NCBI GenBank assembly: GCA_031414595.1
Contig: JANNVX010000086.1
Location: 32,001-96,000, forward strand
Reading direction: 5' to 3'
DNA: 64,000 nt
Origin: Deinococcales bacterium
GTDB lineage: Bacteria; Deinococcota; Deinococci; Deinococcales; JAAFIG01
Shown here: positions 1 through 9,670 of the stretch, piece by piece
How the letters are laid out: each line of letters opens with the position of its first letter
How positions within the stretch are numbered: the stretch's first letter is position 1
Program-made: the position numbers and the translations under genes
Notes under the pieces: generated by a model
Seen by the model: the letters and a program-made list of their open reading frames with translations, nothing else
Told to the model about the DNA's origin: nothing
The model's database searches: none

Positions 1-784
1 GGGTTGGGCGCAAATACTGCCCAAAAGTCACAATGTCAACCTTGGCTGCTCTGATGTCCGCGAGTGCTTCCCGAATTTCTTCTCGGGTTTCGCCCAGCCC
101 AAGCATTAGACTGGTTTTGGTGTAGACACTGGGCTTATAGGCTTTTGCACCAGCCAAGACCCGCAGGGTTTGTTCATAACCCGCCCTCGAGTCCCTGACT
201 GGATGGGTTAAACGGCGTACCGTCTCGAGGTTCTGGGCATAAACTTCGACACCGCTATCAATCACAGCATACACAGACTCGAGATTGCCTTGAAAATCTG
301 GGGTCAGTGCCTCGACTTTGGCGTGTGGGACTCGGGTTTTAATGGCTTCTACAGTTCGGGCAAAATGTGCCGCGCCGCCATCTGGCAGGTCATCACGGTC
401 AACACTGGTCAGCACCACATACTTTAAGCCCATCAGTTCGACGGACTCGGCAATATGTTCGGGTTCGCTTAAGTCAAGTCGCCCAAGCGGATTGCCTGTA
501 TTGACCGCACAGAACTTACAAGCCCGAGTACAAACACTGCCCAGCAGCATAAACGTGGCTGTACCCGCGCTCCAGCATTCGGCGATATTTGGACACATCG
601 CTTCTTGGCAAACTGTTGCCAGTCCGTGCCGCCCGACAATATCCTTGATGCTCGAGTAACCGATGCCGCTTGGCAGTGAGACTTTTAACCAATCGGGTTT
701 GCGTTCACGCACCGCAGGTGCGCCTTTGACCAGCACCCCATCTTTGACCACGGGGAAATCGTATTCACGGGATGGTTTAATCAT
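1..784 (-). CDS. lipA: Lipoyl synthase (3' end runs off the window)
   Basis: Manual translation from ATG 784: [11 protein letters not shown]...RKPDWLKV...[13 protein letters not shown]...CTRACKFC. Contains the LipA CX4CX5C motif and the radical-SAM CX3CX2C motif. Absent from the ORF track because it has no stop in the window. Confidence 0.95.
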   Translation of the reverse strand, partial: MIKPSREYDFPVVKDGVLVKGAPAVRERKPDWLKVSLPSGIGYSSIKDIVGRHGLATVCQEAMCPNIAECWSAGTATFMLLGSVCTRACKFCAVNTGNPLGRLDLSEPEHIAESVELMGLKYVVLTSVDRDDLPDGGAAHFARTVEAIKTRVPHAKVEALTPDFQGNLESVYAVIDSGVEVYAQNLETVRRLTHPVRDSRAGYEQTLRVLAGAKAYKPSVYTKTSLMLGLGETREEIREALADIRAAKVDIVTFGQYLRPT

Positions 785-939
785 GGTATGTCCTCGAGTT
801 GTAAAGCACTGCGTACAGTTTGCCGAATCATTGCAGCAGCATTTCGGAAGGCTTGTACTTCATCAAAATTAGGGGCTTCAAGTTCGCCAGGATAACGACT
901 TCGGTTTGCAGCTAAATTAAGTAAATTAGCTCTGGACAT
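781..939 (-). pseudogene. HEPN-domain toxin remnant (C-terminal part only)
   Basis: ATG overlaps the end of the MNT gene. 52 aa MSRANLLNLAANRSRYPGELEAP...[10 protein letters not shown] resembles the RYP-containing C-terminal half of HEPN proteins. Confidence 0.6.
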
Positions 940-1234
940 AAACTTGAATACCTTCGGCGAGAACGGCTTCGGCAATAAAGGATTCCATTCCCACAAGATG
1001 TGAATAGTGCATAGGAGTAATATCCAATGCAAACGAACGGTCTTGACAAGCAGCATAGGCTTTTTGGGCTGCTTTCATTAAGTCAGTAGGCTGATCAAAT
1101 ACCAAAAGCATGTCCACATCACTATCTTGATGGGCTTGACCCCTAGCATGGCTGCCAAATAAAAAAACTTGCTTTGCTCCACTGGCTTGAGCGGCTTTTT
1201 TGGCATACTGCTTTATTTCCAATAACCCAACCAT
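926..1234 (-). CDS. Minimal nucleotidyltransferase (MNT antitoxin family)
   Basis: LFGSHARG...SDVDML motif (GSx10DxD); 102 aa. Confidence 0.9.
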   Translation of the reverse strand: MVGLLEIKQYAKKAAQASGAKQVFLFGSHARGQAHQDSDVDMLLVFDQPTDLMKAAQKAYAACQDRSFALDITPMHYSHLVGMESFIAEAVLAEGIQVYVQS

Positions 1235-1320
1235 ACCAATATCCTACTACTTCAAACCAAAAACATTTGTACATACCAATAACCTTTGCACACCTAACAT
1301 TGTGAGGTTAAACTACAATC

Positions 1321-2403
1321 ATGACTTTAGCCGCCACCCATCCAACTTTCAAAGCCCGTGGTTTAATAGAGCGTTGGCGCTCGAGACTGCCCGTATCCGA
1401 ACTCACCCCTGTCATTTCACTCGGCGAGGGCGACACCCCACTGGTTGAACTTCGTGGCACACCTGAATCTACGGACCGCGGTATTCGGCTTTTTGCCAAA
1501 TTCGACGGGGCAAACCCCACGGGCAGTTTCAAAGACCGAGGCATGACGATGGCAGTTTCTAAAGCACTCGAGGACGGAGCAAAAGCCATTGCCTGTGCCA
1601 GTACCGGCAACACCAGTGCAGCCGCCGCAGCTTATGCCTCCCGAGCCGGGGTTGACTGCATTATTGTGCTGCCTGCCGGGTATGTGGCAGCCGGTAAAAT
1701 TGCACAGACGATTCTAATGGGTGCAAAAATTGTGCAAATCGAAGGGAATTTTGATGATGCGCTGCGTTTGGTGCGTGAACTCTGCGAAGTCACACCAATT
1801 GCTCTGGTCAACAGTGTTAATCCGTACCGTATCGAAGGACAAAAAAGCATTGCCTTTGAAGTTGCCGAAAGTTTTGACTGGGATGCTCCCGAGTACCACG
1901 CCATGCCTGTAGGCAACGCAGGAAATATTACTGCCCACTGGAAAGGATACAGCGAATTATTTGCTGATAACACCATCCCCAGAAAACCGATTATGCTTGG
2001 TTTCCAAGCTGCTGGCGCAGCCCCGATTGTCTTAGGTCACGCTGTCGAAAAACCCGAAACGATTGCCACAGCCATTCGCATTGGCAACCCTGCCAGTTGG
2101 TGTTATGCCATCGGCGCACGAGACGAATCTGGTGGAGTCATCGAAGCTGTGACCGACGAAGAAATCCTAACTGCTTACCAATTTCTGGCAAAAGAAGGGA
2201 TGTTTTGTGAACCAGCCAGTGCTGCGGGTTTTGCTGGAGCATGGCGCATGATTAAAGAAGGTCGCATCCCAGACGGCTCGAGGATTGTTTGTACCCTGAC
2301 TGGACACGGCTTAAAAGACCCAACCACTGCCAGTAGTCTTGCCGGTCTCGAGAATCCTGTGCCAGCCACACTTGAGGCACTGCAACGGGCTATTGGGGTT
2401 TGA
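1321..2403 (+). CDS. thrC: Threonine synthase
   Basis: NPTGSFKDRG PLP-lysine motif, CASTGNTS, PVGNAGN, EPASAA, TGHGLKD. Confidence 0.95.
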   Translation: MTLAATHPTFKARGLIERWRSRLPVSELTPVISLGEGDTPLVELRGTPESTDRGIRLFAKFDGANPTGSFKDRGMTMAVSKALEDGAKAIACASTGNTSAAAAAYASRAGVDCIIVLPAGYVAAGKIAQTILMGAKIVQIEGNFDDALRLVRELCEVTPIALVNSVNPYRIEGQKSIAFEVAESFDWDAPEYHAMPVGNAGNITAHWKGYSELFADNTIPRKPIMLGFQAAGAAPIVLGHAVEKPETIATAIRIGNPASWCYAIGARDESGGVIEAVTDEEILTAYQFLAKEGMFCEPASAAGFAGAWRMIKEGRIPDGSRIVCTLTGHGLKDPTTASSLAGLENPVPATLEALQRAIGV

Positions 2404-3278
2404 TGTTTAGTCTCGAGCCAGTCGCTGATGGTGTTTGGGCAGCCATTAGCCAAGACCCAACCTATGCCATGTCAAACGCTGCAATTATTGACCTTGGTGA
2501 TAAAACACTGGTTTTTGACTCGAGCATGTCGCCAGTGGCAGCACTCGAGCTACGGCAATTGGCTGAAGAAACCACAAAAAAACCTGTATCGTACTTAATA
2601 AATTCGCATCATCATTTGGATCATTGCTTGGGCAATCAGGTCTTTGCCGATACCACCATTATCTCGAGCAATACCACCAGAGATTTAATGCAGATGCGGT
2701 TTGCTCGGCTCGAGACAGAGAATTTTGCTGAGGCAATACTTGATTTGCAAAGACAAGTGGCAACCACGCCTTGGGAAAGGAATTTATTGGCTTTGGAACT
2801 TGCTGAACTCGAGATGTTGCAAGCCTTTATGCCCAATTTCAAACCAACTTTACCAAGTGTCACTTTCTCAGATTCTTTTGAATTGATTGGTTCAAAACGC
2901 ACTGTTCAAATCCAAACTTTTGGCGTTGGACACACCACCTTGGATGCTGTTTTGACCGTGGAAGAGGTACTTGTGACTGGTGATTTGGTCTTAAATCAGC
3001 ATTTGGCTTTTATGGGACATGGAAACCCCCAAAGTTGGTTAGAACGCCTTCATGACCTCGAGCAAATACAGGGCGTTGTGCAAATTATTCCAGGGCATGG
3101 TGATGTTGGTCAAACCAGTCTTGTTGAAGCAATGCGGCTTCAACTGCTCGAGATGATCGCTTTGGCAAGTGCAGCCCAAAACATTGCTACAGCCCAACCA
3201 CCAGCCCACTGGCTCGGGTGGGGTTTACCCGCCAGTTACCGTGCCAATCTCGAGTTTTTAAGCACAAAAGGGGTTTAA
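2400..3278 (+). CDS. MBL-fold metallo-hydrolase (cyclase-like)
   Basis: SHHHLDHCLGN, GHT, GD and PGHG motifs. Confidence 0.85.
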   Translation: MMFSLEPVADGVWAAISQDPTYAMSNAAIIDLGDKTLVFDSSMSPVAALELRQLAEETTKKPVSYLINSHHHLDHCLGNQVFADTTIISSNTTRDLMQMRFARLETENFAEAILDLQRQVATTPWERNLLALELAELEMLQAFMPNFKPTLPSVTFSDSFELIGSKRTVQIQTFGVGHTTLDAVLTVEEVLVTGDLVLNQHLAFMGHGNPQSWLERLHDLEQIQGVVQIIPGHGDVGQTSLVEAMRLQLLEMIALASAAQNIATAQPPAHWLGWGLPASYRANLEFLSTKGV

Positions 3279-3279
3279 T

Positions 3280-3561
3280 ATGGACTTAACAGAAATTACA
3301 CTTGAAGATTTTTCGCCGCTCGTAACCCAAGAATTTAAGCTCGAGGGCAGCGAGGTCGCCTTTACCTTGCTCGAGACAAAACCCTTAAATACCCATGAGG
3401 GAGCGCCACGTAGAGCTTTTTCTTTGTTGTTTGCGTCTCCAGTCCCAGCCCCTCAAGGCACATATGCACTGCTGCACACTTCGCTTGGACGGCTCGAGAT
3501 TTTTCTTGTCCCCATTGCAAAAGCTGGTGAAGGTGTGCAGCTCGAAGCGGTTTTTAGTTAG
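3280..3561 (+). CDS. DUF6916-like small protein that accompanies tail-collar gene clusters
   Basis: FSLLF...QGTY.L.H..LG.LEIFLVPI...EAVF pattern; convergent on the GNAT/tail-collar operon. Confidence 0.75.
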   Translation: MDLTEITLEDFSPLVTQEFKLEGSEVAFTLLETKPLNTHEGAPRRAFSLLFASPVPAPQGTYALLHTSLGRLEIFLVPIAKAGEGVQLEAVFS

Positions 3562-4021
3562 CACGGTGCATTTTGACATACACCCCTGTGGCTTCGGTCT
3601 CGAGTTCGGTAAAGCCCATGCGTTTGTACCAGTCCCGAGCATGATTATTGATTTCGACATGCAAGGTAATATCTAAACCAGACTTTTTTGCTTCTATAAA
3701 TAACTGCTCGAAACACCACTTGGCAATGCCGCGCTTTTGGTAGGGCGGACTGACAATAATATCCATTAACCGAATTTCGCTGCTTCTATGCACATAAAGC
3801 CGCCCGACTGGAACACCCTCCAGTAAAATCAAATCAAAAGCCGCGCCTTGGTAATGCTGATAATAGTGACTGCGTTGAGCCAAAAACTGGCTCTCGAGGA
3901 AAACTTTTTTCTGCTCCAAAGTCCACGGCACAAGACTCATCTCTTCGGCTCGAGATTCGGTATAAAGCCCGAGCAGAAACGGAATGTCCGCTTCTGCTTC
4001 GGTTTGCAAGGCAATGTCCAT
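3554..4021 (-). CDS. GNAT family N-acetyltransferase
   Basis: PVGRLYV...DIIVSPPYQKRGIA...LHVEINNHARDWYKRMGF acetyl-CoA binding motifs. Confidence 0.9.
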   Translation of the reverse strand: MDIALQTEAEADIPFLLGLYTESRAEEMSLVPWTLEQKKVFLESQFLAQRSHYYQHYQGAAFDLILLEGVPVGRLYVHRSSEIRLMDIIVSPPYQKRGIAKWCFEQLFIEAKKSGLDITLHVEINNHARDWYKRMGFTELETEATGVYVKMHRAN

Positions 4022-4028
4022 ACTGACA

Positions 4029-5042
4029 TTAAACCATGTAGGTGTTGGTGAACCCAGAGCGCAACCCAGAGCGTAAATCGTTTAAGCGTGGGTGCATTTC
4101 AGAGACCGACTCAAGAACCCGCCGAACCCCATTTTTCTCGAGGTACAGCGTATTCTGGTTTTGGTTGCGCTTAAATTCTAGCACCCCTCGAGCGGTTTGT
4201 ACTTTAGCATTGCGTAAAGCCTTTAAGAAATTTAGGTTATCGCTATTGGCAGCTTGAATCAGCAGCGCCGCACTTTCTTGCCCAAGTTGCAGCACAGCAT
4301 CTTCGCCAAAACTCGAGAAAGCAGTGGTGGCACTTAGCTTGGTTAAGGCACTGACACTGATAGGAACTCGAGCCGAACGCAGCATCTCGAGGTTGGTGGC
4401 ATCCGAGGCGATGATGTGCAAATGAGCGGGTTTGAGGGCTTTAATCTGCTCGAGAACAGCCGCCCAATCTTCGGAGACAATTGTTTGCAGAACCTGACCG
4501 CCAGCACTTTCAAAGCCGCTTCTGAAGGCATAAGGCAAGTCGTATCCTGCTTCGCGCATACTGCAAACAATCACGGACGTGTTGCCGCGCCCAATGTTAC
4601 TTTTGCGTTGGTTGGCAACAAAACCGCCCAATGCCCATTCGGATTGCCAGAGTTTTAGGCTGTTAGAAAGAATAAATGGACTGGTCTCGAGGGCTGGAAT
4701 TTTAGCACCAAATTCGTTGCAAATGGCGGGTAAGGCGTACTGCTCGAGAATCGGGCGCAGGGCATCGGCATACCCATCACCAAGCGAAACCAGTACATCA
4801 AAGGTTTTGGTCTCGAGAATTTGGGCTAAGGCTCGAGCGGCGGATGTGGTGGTGCTGCCAGCCTCGACAAAGGTAAGTTCAAAGTTCTGGTTTGGGGTTA
4901 AGCCGCTTAAAAACTGGCTCGAGAAGGCTTTGGGGGACAGTGCCAGTACCCGCAGTCTATGCGGGGCAGCTTGGGCAACAATGCCAATGGCGGGAATGGC
5001 AGCGCCAACCCCAAGGGCTTGTAAGAAATCGCGTCTTTTCAT
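4029..5042 (-). CDS. Tat-exported periplasmic-binding-protein-like (type I) protein
   Basis: Probable start ATG 5042 after GGAG. MKRRDFLQ twin-arginine signal; EAGYDLPYAFRSGFESAGG resembles the branched-chain SBP fold. Confidence 0.65.
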   Translation of the reverse strand: MKRRDFLQALGVGAAIPAIGIVAQAAPHRLRVLALSPKAFSSQFLSGLTPNQNFELTFVEAGSTTTSAARALAQILETKTFDVLVSLGDGYADALRPILEQYALPAICNEFGAKIPALETSPFILSNSLKLWQSEWALGGFVANQRKSNIGRGNTSVIVCSMREAGYDLPYAFRSGFESAGGQVLQTIVSEDWAAVLEQIKALKPAHLHIIASDATNLEMLRSARVPISVSALTKLSATTAFSSFGEDAVLQLGQESAALLIQAANSDNLNFLKALRNAKVQTARGVLEFKRNQNQNTLYLEKNGVRRVLESVSEMHPRLNDLRSGLRSGFTNTYMV

Positions 5043-5053
5043 GGGTAGACTCC

Positions 5054-5569
5054 TTATCCCCTTGGTGGGAAAACACCTTGCAGGGCAATACAAAAATTAA
5101 CCACCAAATACGGCATTTGGTTGTTGTGGGGTAGGCTACTCCCAGCCGGTGCAAGACTTGGGGCAAGAATTGTGTTAGGTGCAGCATTGACATAGGGTGT
5201 TTTGCCAACAACCCGAGCAGGCACAGAACCGCTTGGGCTGTTGGTGTCACCAACGGCATTCAATGCTCCAAAGGTGTGATTGTGCTGTGGAATCTCGGTT
5301 TCCAATAAAGTCACATTGCTTTCACCAGTGGTTTCGCCCAAGCTGTAAAACGATAAGCCAGGTCCTTGACCCGGTTGCAGTGGGCTGCGTCCTTGTAAAT
5401 TGGGTAAACCAAAGGTGGTTCGCCCGTCACCACCGTAGGTTATACCGAGCAAACTAAACAAAGCCGTATTTTGCGAAATAGATATAAGTTGTCCATCACA
5501 AGTTGCCCAGCCTCTCGGGGCAAAGTTAAAACCGACCATCCTGATTTCAGCTACAAATTGATCTGACAT
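5054..5569 (-). CDS. Phage tail-collar domain protein (microcystin-dependent protein-like), copy 3
   Basis: FVAEIRMVGFNFAPRGWATCDGQLISISQNTALFSLLG..YGGDG.TTFGLPNLQGR; C-terminal HNN.MPYL..NFCIALQG.FP. Confidence 0.9.
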   Translation of the reverse strand: MSDQFVAEIRMVGFNFAPRGWATCDGQLISISQNTALFSLLGITYGGDGRTTFGLPNLQGRSPLQPGQGPGLSFYSLGETTGESNVTLLETEIPQHNHTFGALNAVGDTNSPSGSVPARVVGKTPYVNAAPNTILAPSLAPAGSSLPHNNQMPYLVVNFCIALQGVFPPRG

Positions 5570-5578
5570 AGAAGCTCC

Positions 5579-6097
5579 TTATGTTTGCGTTGGGAAAATA
5601 CCAAACAGCGCAATAATAAAATTGACTGCTAGAATCGGTTGGATGTTGTTGTGTGGTTGTGAACCACCCGCATTACCAACGGTGCCGGCGTTCATATTGA
5701 CACTTGGACTTTCGATAATATGCAAATCAATATCGGCTACCCCAAGAGTCACAGTGCTGCTTGGTACACCTGTACTGCCTGTACTGCTCGAGACAACAAC
5801 CGCGTGGGTGTGTTGCGGGATTTGCTGGCTAATCAGTGTAACGCTTTCTGTGCCGCTTTTTTCGCCAAGGGTACGGCTACCTAACCCACTTCCTGTCCCT
5901 TGATGAACGGGTATTCGTGAACGTAAATCTGGCAGGGCAAACGTGCTTTGTCCATCGCCCCCATAAGTTGTGCCAATCAATGCAAATAAAGCGTCGTTTT
6001 GGGAAATAGCTTGTAATGAACCATCGCAAAATGCCCAACCAACAGGAGCAAAATTTCCACCGAACATCCTGATTTCACCAATATAAGGATTACTCAT
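5579..6097 (-). CDS. Phage tail-collar domain protein, copy 2
   Basis: YIGEIRMFGGNFAPVGWAFCDG...ALFALIGTTYGGDGQSTFALPDLR. Confidence 0.9.
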   Translation of the reverse strand: MSNPYIGEIRMFGGNFAPVGWAFCDGSLQAISQNDALFALIGTTYGGDGQSTFALPDLRSRIPVHQGTGSGLGSRTLGEKSGTESVTLISQQIPQHTHAVVVSSSTGSTGVPSSTVTLGVADIDLHIIESPSVNMNAGTVGNAGGSQPHNNIQPILAVNFIIALFGIFPTQT

Positions 6098-6107
6098 CTT
6101 GCTCTCC

Positions 6108-6608
6108 TTAGTTCCGACTCGGAAAAATGCCAGCTAAGGCAATACAGAAACTAATCACCGAATACGGCTGCATATTGTTGTGTGGTTGTGAACCACCCGC
6201 ATTACCAACGGTTGAAGCCTGTAAAACCGCTCCGTTATTTTGTGCCGCATAAAGTTTTGCTGCACCATTGGCAAAACTGTTATTGGTCGGTATGGCGGCT
6301 GCACTAGCACTGCTCGAGGCATTCAGGGTGTGGGTGTGGCTTGGCATTTGGCTGACAACTAAAGTATGGGATTCCGAGCCACCCACTTGCCCTTGTGTAA
6401 AACCAGACCCCATATGAATTGGGGTACGACCTTGAAAATTCGGTAAGGCAAAAGTGGTTTGCCCATTACCACCATACGTTGTGCCTAGTAAACTAAATAA
6501 GGCTTGATTTTGATTGATGGGTAGAAATTGCCCATTGCATAATGCCCAAAATTTAGGCGGAAAATTAAAAGCCATCATGCGGATTTCACCAATAAATGGA
6601 TCTGACAT
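6108..6608 (-). CDS. Phage tail-collar domain protein, copy 1
   Basis: FIGEIRMMAFNFPPKFWALCNGQ...ALFSLLGTTYGGNGQTTFALP. Confidence 0.9.
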   Translation of the reverse strand: MSDPFIGEIRMMAFNFPPKFWALCNGQFLPINQNQALFSLLGTTYGGNGQTTFALPNFQGRTPIHMGSGFTQGQVGGSESHTLVVSQMPSHTHTLNASSSASAAAIPTNNSFANGAAKLYAAQNNGAVLQASTVGNAGGSQPHNNMQPYSVISFCIALAGIFPSRN

Positions 6609-6620
6609 AAGACCCCTCCT

Positions 6621-9473
6621 TTAGAATGTTGGAACAACCACGGTACAAGTACCATAACCGGGGGTAGCACTGCCTAAAATACTTGTTTTGCCAGCAGTAT
6701 TTAAATTACTGCGTGGAGCATCTGACAACCAAGAGGTTACAGTTGCAGCACTGGTCAAAGGTGTGCCAGTTGCCCCGTGCAAATTAAAGGTATTTGCAGC
6801 GACTCGGCGCAAAAGATAGTTGTTTGCATTTACATCCGAGAAATTGATGTTATTGCTTACGGCGTTTAAGCATACGGTTGCCCCTGTGCCACCTGAAGTA
6901 CCACCTTGGACTTGAATGCCTGTAATCGGAAGCGGGTCAGTGCTTGTGGCGGTATTGCTCAGTAACGAGAGTTGTAAATTAGCGGTCGAAGTCGGTGCAG
7001 AACCAGCATTGACTAGGATACCAGCACCTTCAGCGTCAAGTACAGTATTGGTTTCAATCAAAGCCTGTAAAGTAGCTGCTTGACGCAGGCGGATGTCCAT
7101 ACCAGCACTTGCGCCAGTGTCTGCCCCAAGGTGCAAATCTATGGTGTTGCCTTTGATTCGTAACTTATGGGTTTGGGCTGGGGTATCGGCATCTATGCGA
7201 ATACCAGAACCATCCACTGTAATTAAATCTATGCGGTTATCATCTATGGTGGTGGTGGTTGCGCCACTGCTTTGGTACTGGGTGTTAATGCCATAAAAAG
7301 CATTCTCGCGGATACTGGTTTTCTCGACCTTCAAGACCATCCCTGCACTCGAGCCGACAACCGTATTGACCCTGATTCCACTGCTGTCACCTGCTTGAAT
7401 CCGCGAAGCCACTGTGGCTGCATTGCCAGAAGTTACAGCCACTGTACCAATCACCTCTAAGGTGTTGCTACTTGTACCACTGGCGGTGTACAGCACACCA
7501 TCATGGGTGGTTACAGCTGCCCCCACATTGTTGATTGTTACATCCTCGAGCCGTAGTAAATTTGTGCCAGTGTTTGGACTGGTTTCCACACCTTCGTTCT
7601 GCGAGTTGCTGATTCGCATATTTTTCAAGCTAACCGAACCAAATTGGGTGGCTAAATTTACGCCATCGGCAGTATGACCCGTTAAAATCCCGCCGCTTTC
7701 GGCAGTTGTGCCTGTACCTGTCACAGCAAACGAACCCGTGGTGTTGGTTAATTGAATGCCGTTTGCACCTCCACTCGAGGCGACTCTGGTTAAACTCACT
7801 GCCATTGTACCGTTGGTGATGTTCACAGCTTGGTTTGCACCTGCGGCAATACTGGCGTTCGTTACAGTTAGCGTACCGCCAGCCGTACCATTTAAGCCGC
7901 CAAACGTTAAGCCTTTGATGGTGTTGCCTGTGGCTACGGTCATCGGGGTTTGAACCGTTGGGGCTGTACCAGCCACCGCTAGTGTCTCTACGCCAACCAC
8001 AAGGGCTTCGCCAGAACCAATCGCTTGTTGACCATTTTTTAAGACCAAGGCAGTTGTGTTGGTGCTGTTGCCTTTGAGGTAAATAAAGTCATTGATAGCC
8101 GTGGTGTTAGCTGCCGCCACATTGAGGCTCTGGGCATTCTGGAATGGTGCGTTGCTGCGTCCGTCGCCGCCAGCCGAGGCAGCCGAATCTATGTACCAAA
8201 CGGTATTGCTTGGGGCTGCAAGGGTTGCCGAGAAATTAGGGCTGGTGCAAGTCCCATCAGAAATCTGGTAATTAAACGAATCGGCTACTCGAGAATTGAC
8301 CAATGGACGAATTGTGACTGTGCCAGTTGAAGCGTTGGCAATGCCAAGATTACCGCCGTTGGTGGTGGTAGCACTGGCAATAGCGCGGTTTTGTGGGGTC
8401 AGGGTCGCGCCGCCTAGGGCTGTAAACCGTGCTATCAGGGTAGCGTTTGCGCCCGTGTAGGCTTTTTCAGTGTTGCCAATAATGCCAGTTAGATTAGCGG
8501 CTGTGCCATTATCAAAGAAATTTCCGCCCATCCAAGCCGTGTCCACGCCTACACCCACAGTACGAACGCCGGGGATAAAGGTACTACCCGTTAAAGTTGT
8601 GCCGCACATACTGGTGATTTGTGGGCTACCGCCAAAGCTGGTGGCTCGAGCGCTTGCACCACTATTTGTGCCTTGTTCAGAAGTGCTTTCGGTGACTCGA
8701 TTGACATTATCGGTAAAGACTAAGAAGGTCATGCTATAACGGTAAGCAGGGTTGCCGTTTCCAGCGTCGCCTGCTTGTGGAACTTGCAGAGCCAGTGTAA
8801 CTGTGCCAGTTCCATTGGCGGCAATAGTACGGCTAGTGGCACTACTACGTGCCACATACGCATATTGCAAAATGCCTTCGCCTGTAATTGGATTAACATT
8901 GATTAATGACCCATTGGATGCTGTAGTCAGGGTGGTGATTTCGCTGCGCTGATAAATTTGCAAATCGGCATTATTATTGTCTACACAAACAGTGGCTGGC
9001 AAAGTGCAGCCTGTAGTTTTCATAGCATTAACAGGGATAAGATTATTGACATCAACCGTGCCACCCGCAAAGGTTTGAACATTCCTAAAAGCACTCCCGC
9101 CGCTATTATTATTCTGGCGGTATGCTACTAAGGTCAGGTTTGTACGAGCAGCCGCCGCGTTGTTGGTCACAGTAAACCGTGCCATCAGGTAACGGTTGGT
9201 GGTAGCTGGCACATCAATAGATTGAAAGACTTGGCTATTGAATACCAAGGTAGATTCAGTGATTGGTGTCAGGGCTTGGCTCGAGACTCGATTTGGTACA
9301 AATTTAGCGGTTTGTACTTTACCCTCTCCACCAAATTGAACGGTTAGGCTACCCAGCAGTGTGGGTGCAAACGGTTGCTCGAGAACTGGCGGTTTGGCTT
9401 CTGGTGTGGGCGCTTGAGGACAAGCCACCAAGAGCGCAGGCAGTAGTAAAAGTGCCGTCACATAGTGCTTCAT
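6621..9473 (-). CDS. Large surface lipoprotein: unannotated N-terminal domain, Ig-like segment and predicted beta-helix C-terminal region
   Basis: Lipobox LLVAC. Rich in T/G/N/A/S, with WYIDSAASAGGDGRSNAPF and repeated N.I....GI motifs typical of parallel beta-helices. Confidence 0.75.
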   Translation of the reverse strand: MKHYVTALLLLPALLVACPQAPTPEAKPPVLEQPFAPTLLGSLTVQFGGEGKVQTAKFVPNRVSSQALTPITESTLVFNSQVFQSIDVPATTNRYLMARFTVTNNAAAARTNLTLVAYRQNNNSGGSAFRNVQTFAGGTVDVNNLIPVNAMKTTGCTLPATVCVDNNNADLQIYQRSEITTLTTASNGSLINVNPITGEGILQYAYVARSSATSRTIAANGTGTVTLALQVPQAGDAGNGNPAYRYSMTFLVFTDNVNRVTESTSEQGTNSGASARATSFGGSPQITSMCGTTLTGSTFIPGVRTVGVGVDTAWMGGNFFDNGTAANLTGIIGNTEKAYTGANATLIARFTALGGATLTPQNRAIASATTTNGGNLGIANASTGTVTIRPLVNSRVADSFNYQISDGTCTSPNFSATLAAPSNTVWYIDSAASAGGDGRSNAPFQNAQSLNVAAANTTAINDFIYLKGNSTNTTALVLKNGQQAIGSGEALVVGVETLAVAGTAPTVQTPMTVATGNTIKGLTFGGLNGTAGGTLTVTNASIAAGANQAVNITNGTMAVSLTRVASSGGANGIQLTNTTGSFAVTGTGTTAESGGILTGHTADGVNLATQFGSVSLKNMRISNSQNEGVETSPNTGTNLLRLEDVTINNVGAAVTTHDGVLYTASGTSSNTLEVIGTVAVTSGNAATVASRIQAGDSSGIRVNTVVGSSAGMVLKVEKTSIRENAFYGINTQYQSSGATTTTIDDNRIDLITVDGSGIRIDADTPAQTHKLRIKGNTIDLHLGADTGASAGMDIRLRQAATLQALIETNTVLDAEGAGILVNAGSAPTSTANLQLSLLSNTATSTDPLPITGIQVQGGTSGGTGATVCLNAVSNNINFSDVNANNYLLRRVAANTFNLHGATGTPLTSAATVTSWLSDAPRSNLNTAGKTSILGSATPGYGTCTVVVPTF

Positions 9474-9637
9474 TGTTCACCCCCCAAAGTATCTTGGAGT
9501 TCGTCCAAGGGATTATCTGGGAAGCCTGTTGTGCCTATGGGTAAGGACACACCAGTCATCGAATGCCATTGGTGCTTTTCAAGTTGTGGCGTGTAATACG
9601 TCTTTTTTGTGAAAATCGGATCGGTCGGGATCATCAT
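9470..9637 (-). CDS. Unannotated 55-aa peptide with a YxxPxL RiPP-leader-like motif, translationally coupled to the lipoprotein
   Basis: Strong RBS AAGGAGGA then ATG 9637. Translates MMIPTDPIFTKKTYYTPQLEKHQWHSMTGVSLPIGTTGFPDNPLDELQDTLGGEQ; its TGA overlaps the lipoprotein ATG (ATGA). Confidence 0.75.
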   Translation of the reverse strand: MMIPTDPIFTKKTYYTPQLEKHQWHSMTGVSLPIGTTGFPDNPLDELQDTLGGEQ

Positions 9638-9670
9638 TTCCTCCTTTGGTTTGTTCTACTCTATCTAAAA

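Noticed and set aside
5054-6608. Prophage or tailocin suggested by the tail-collar genes
   Set aside because: No capsid, terminase, integrase, sheath, tube, baseplate or lysis genes are in the window.
9470-9637. Canonical lasso peptide cluster
   Set aside because: No acidic residue at core positions 7-9 and no cyclase, RRE or peptidase nearby; kept only as a leader-like peptide.
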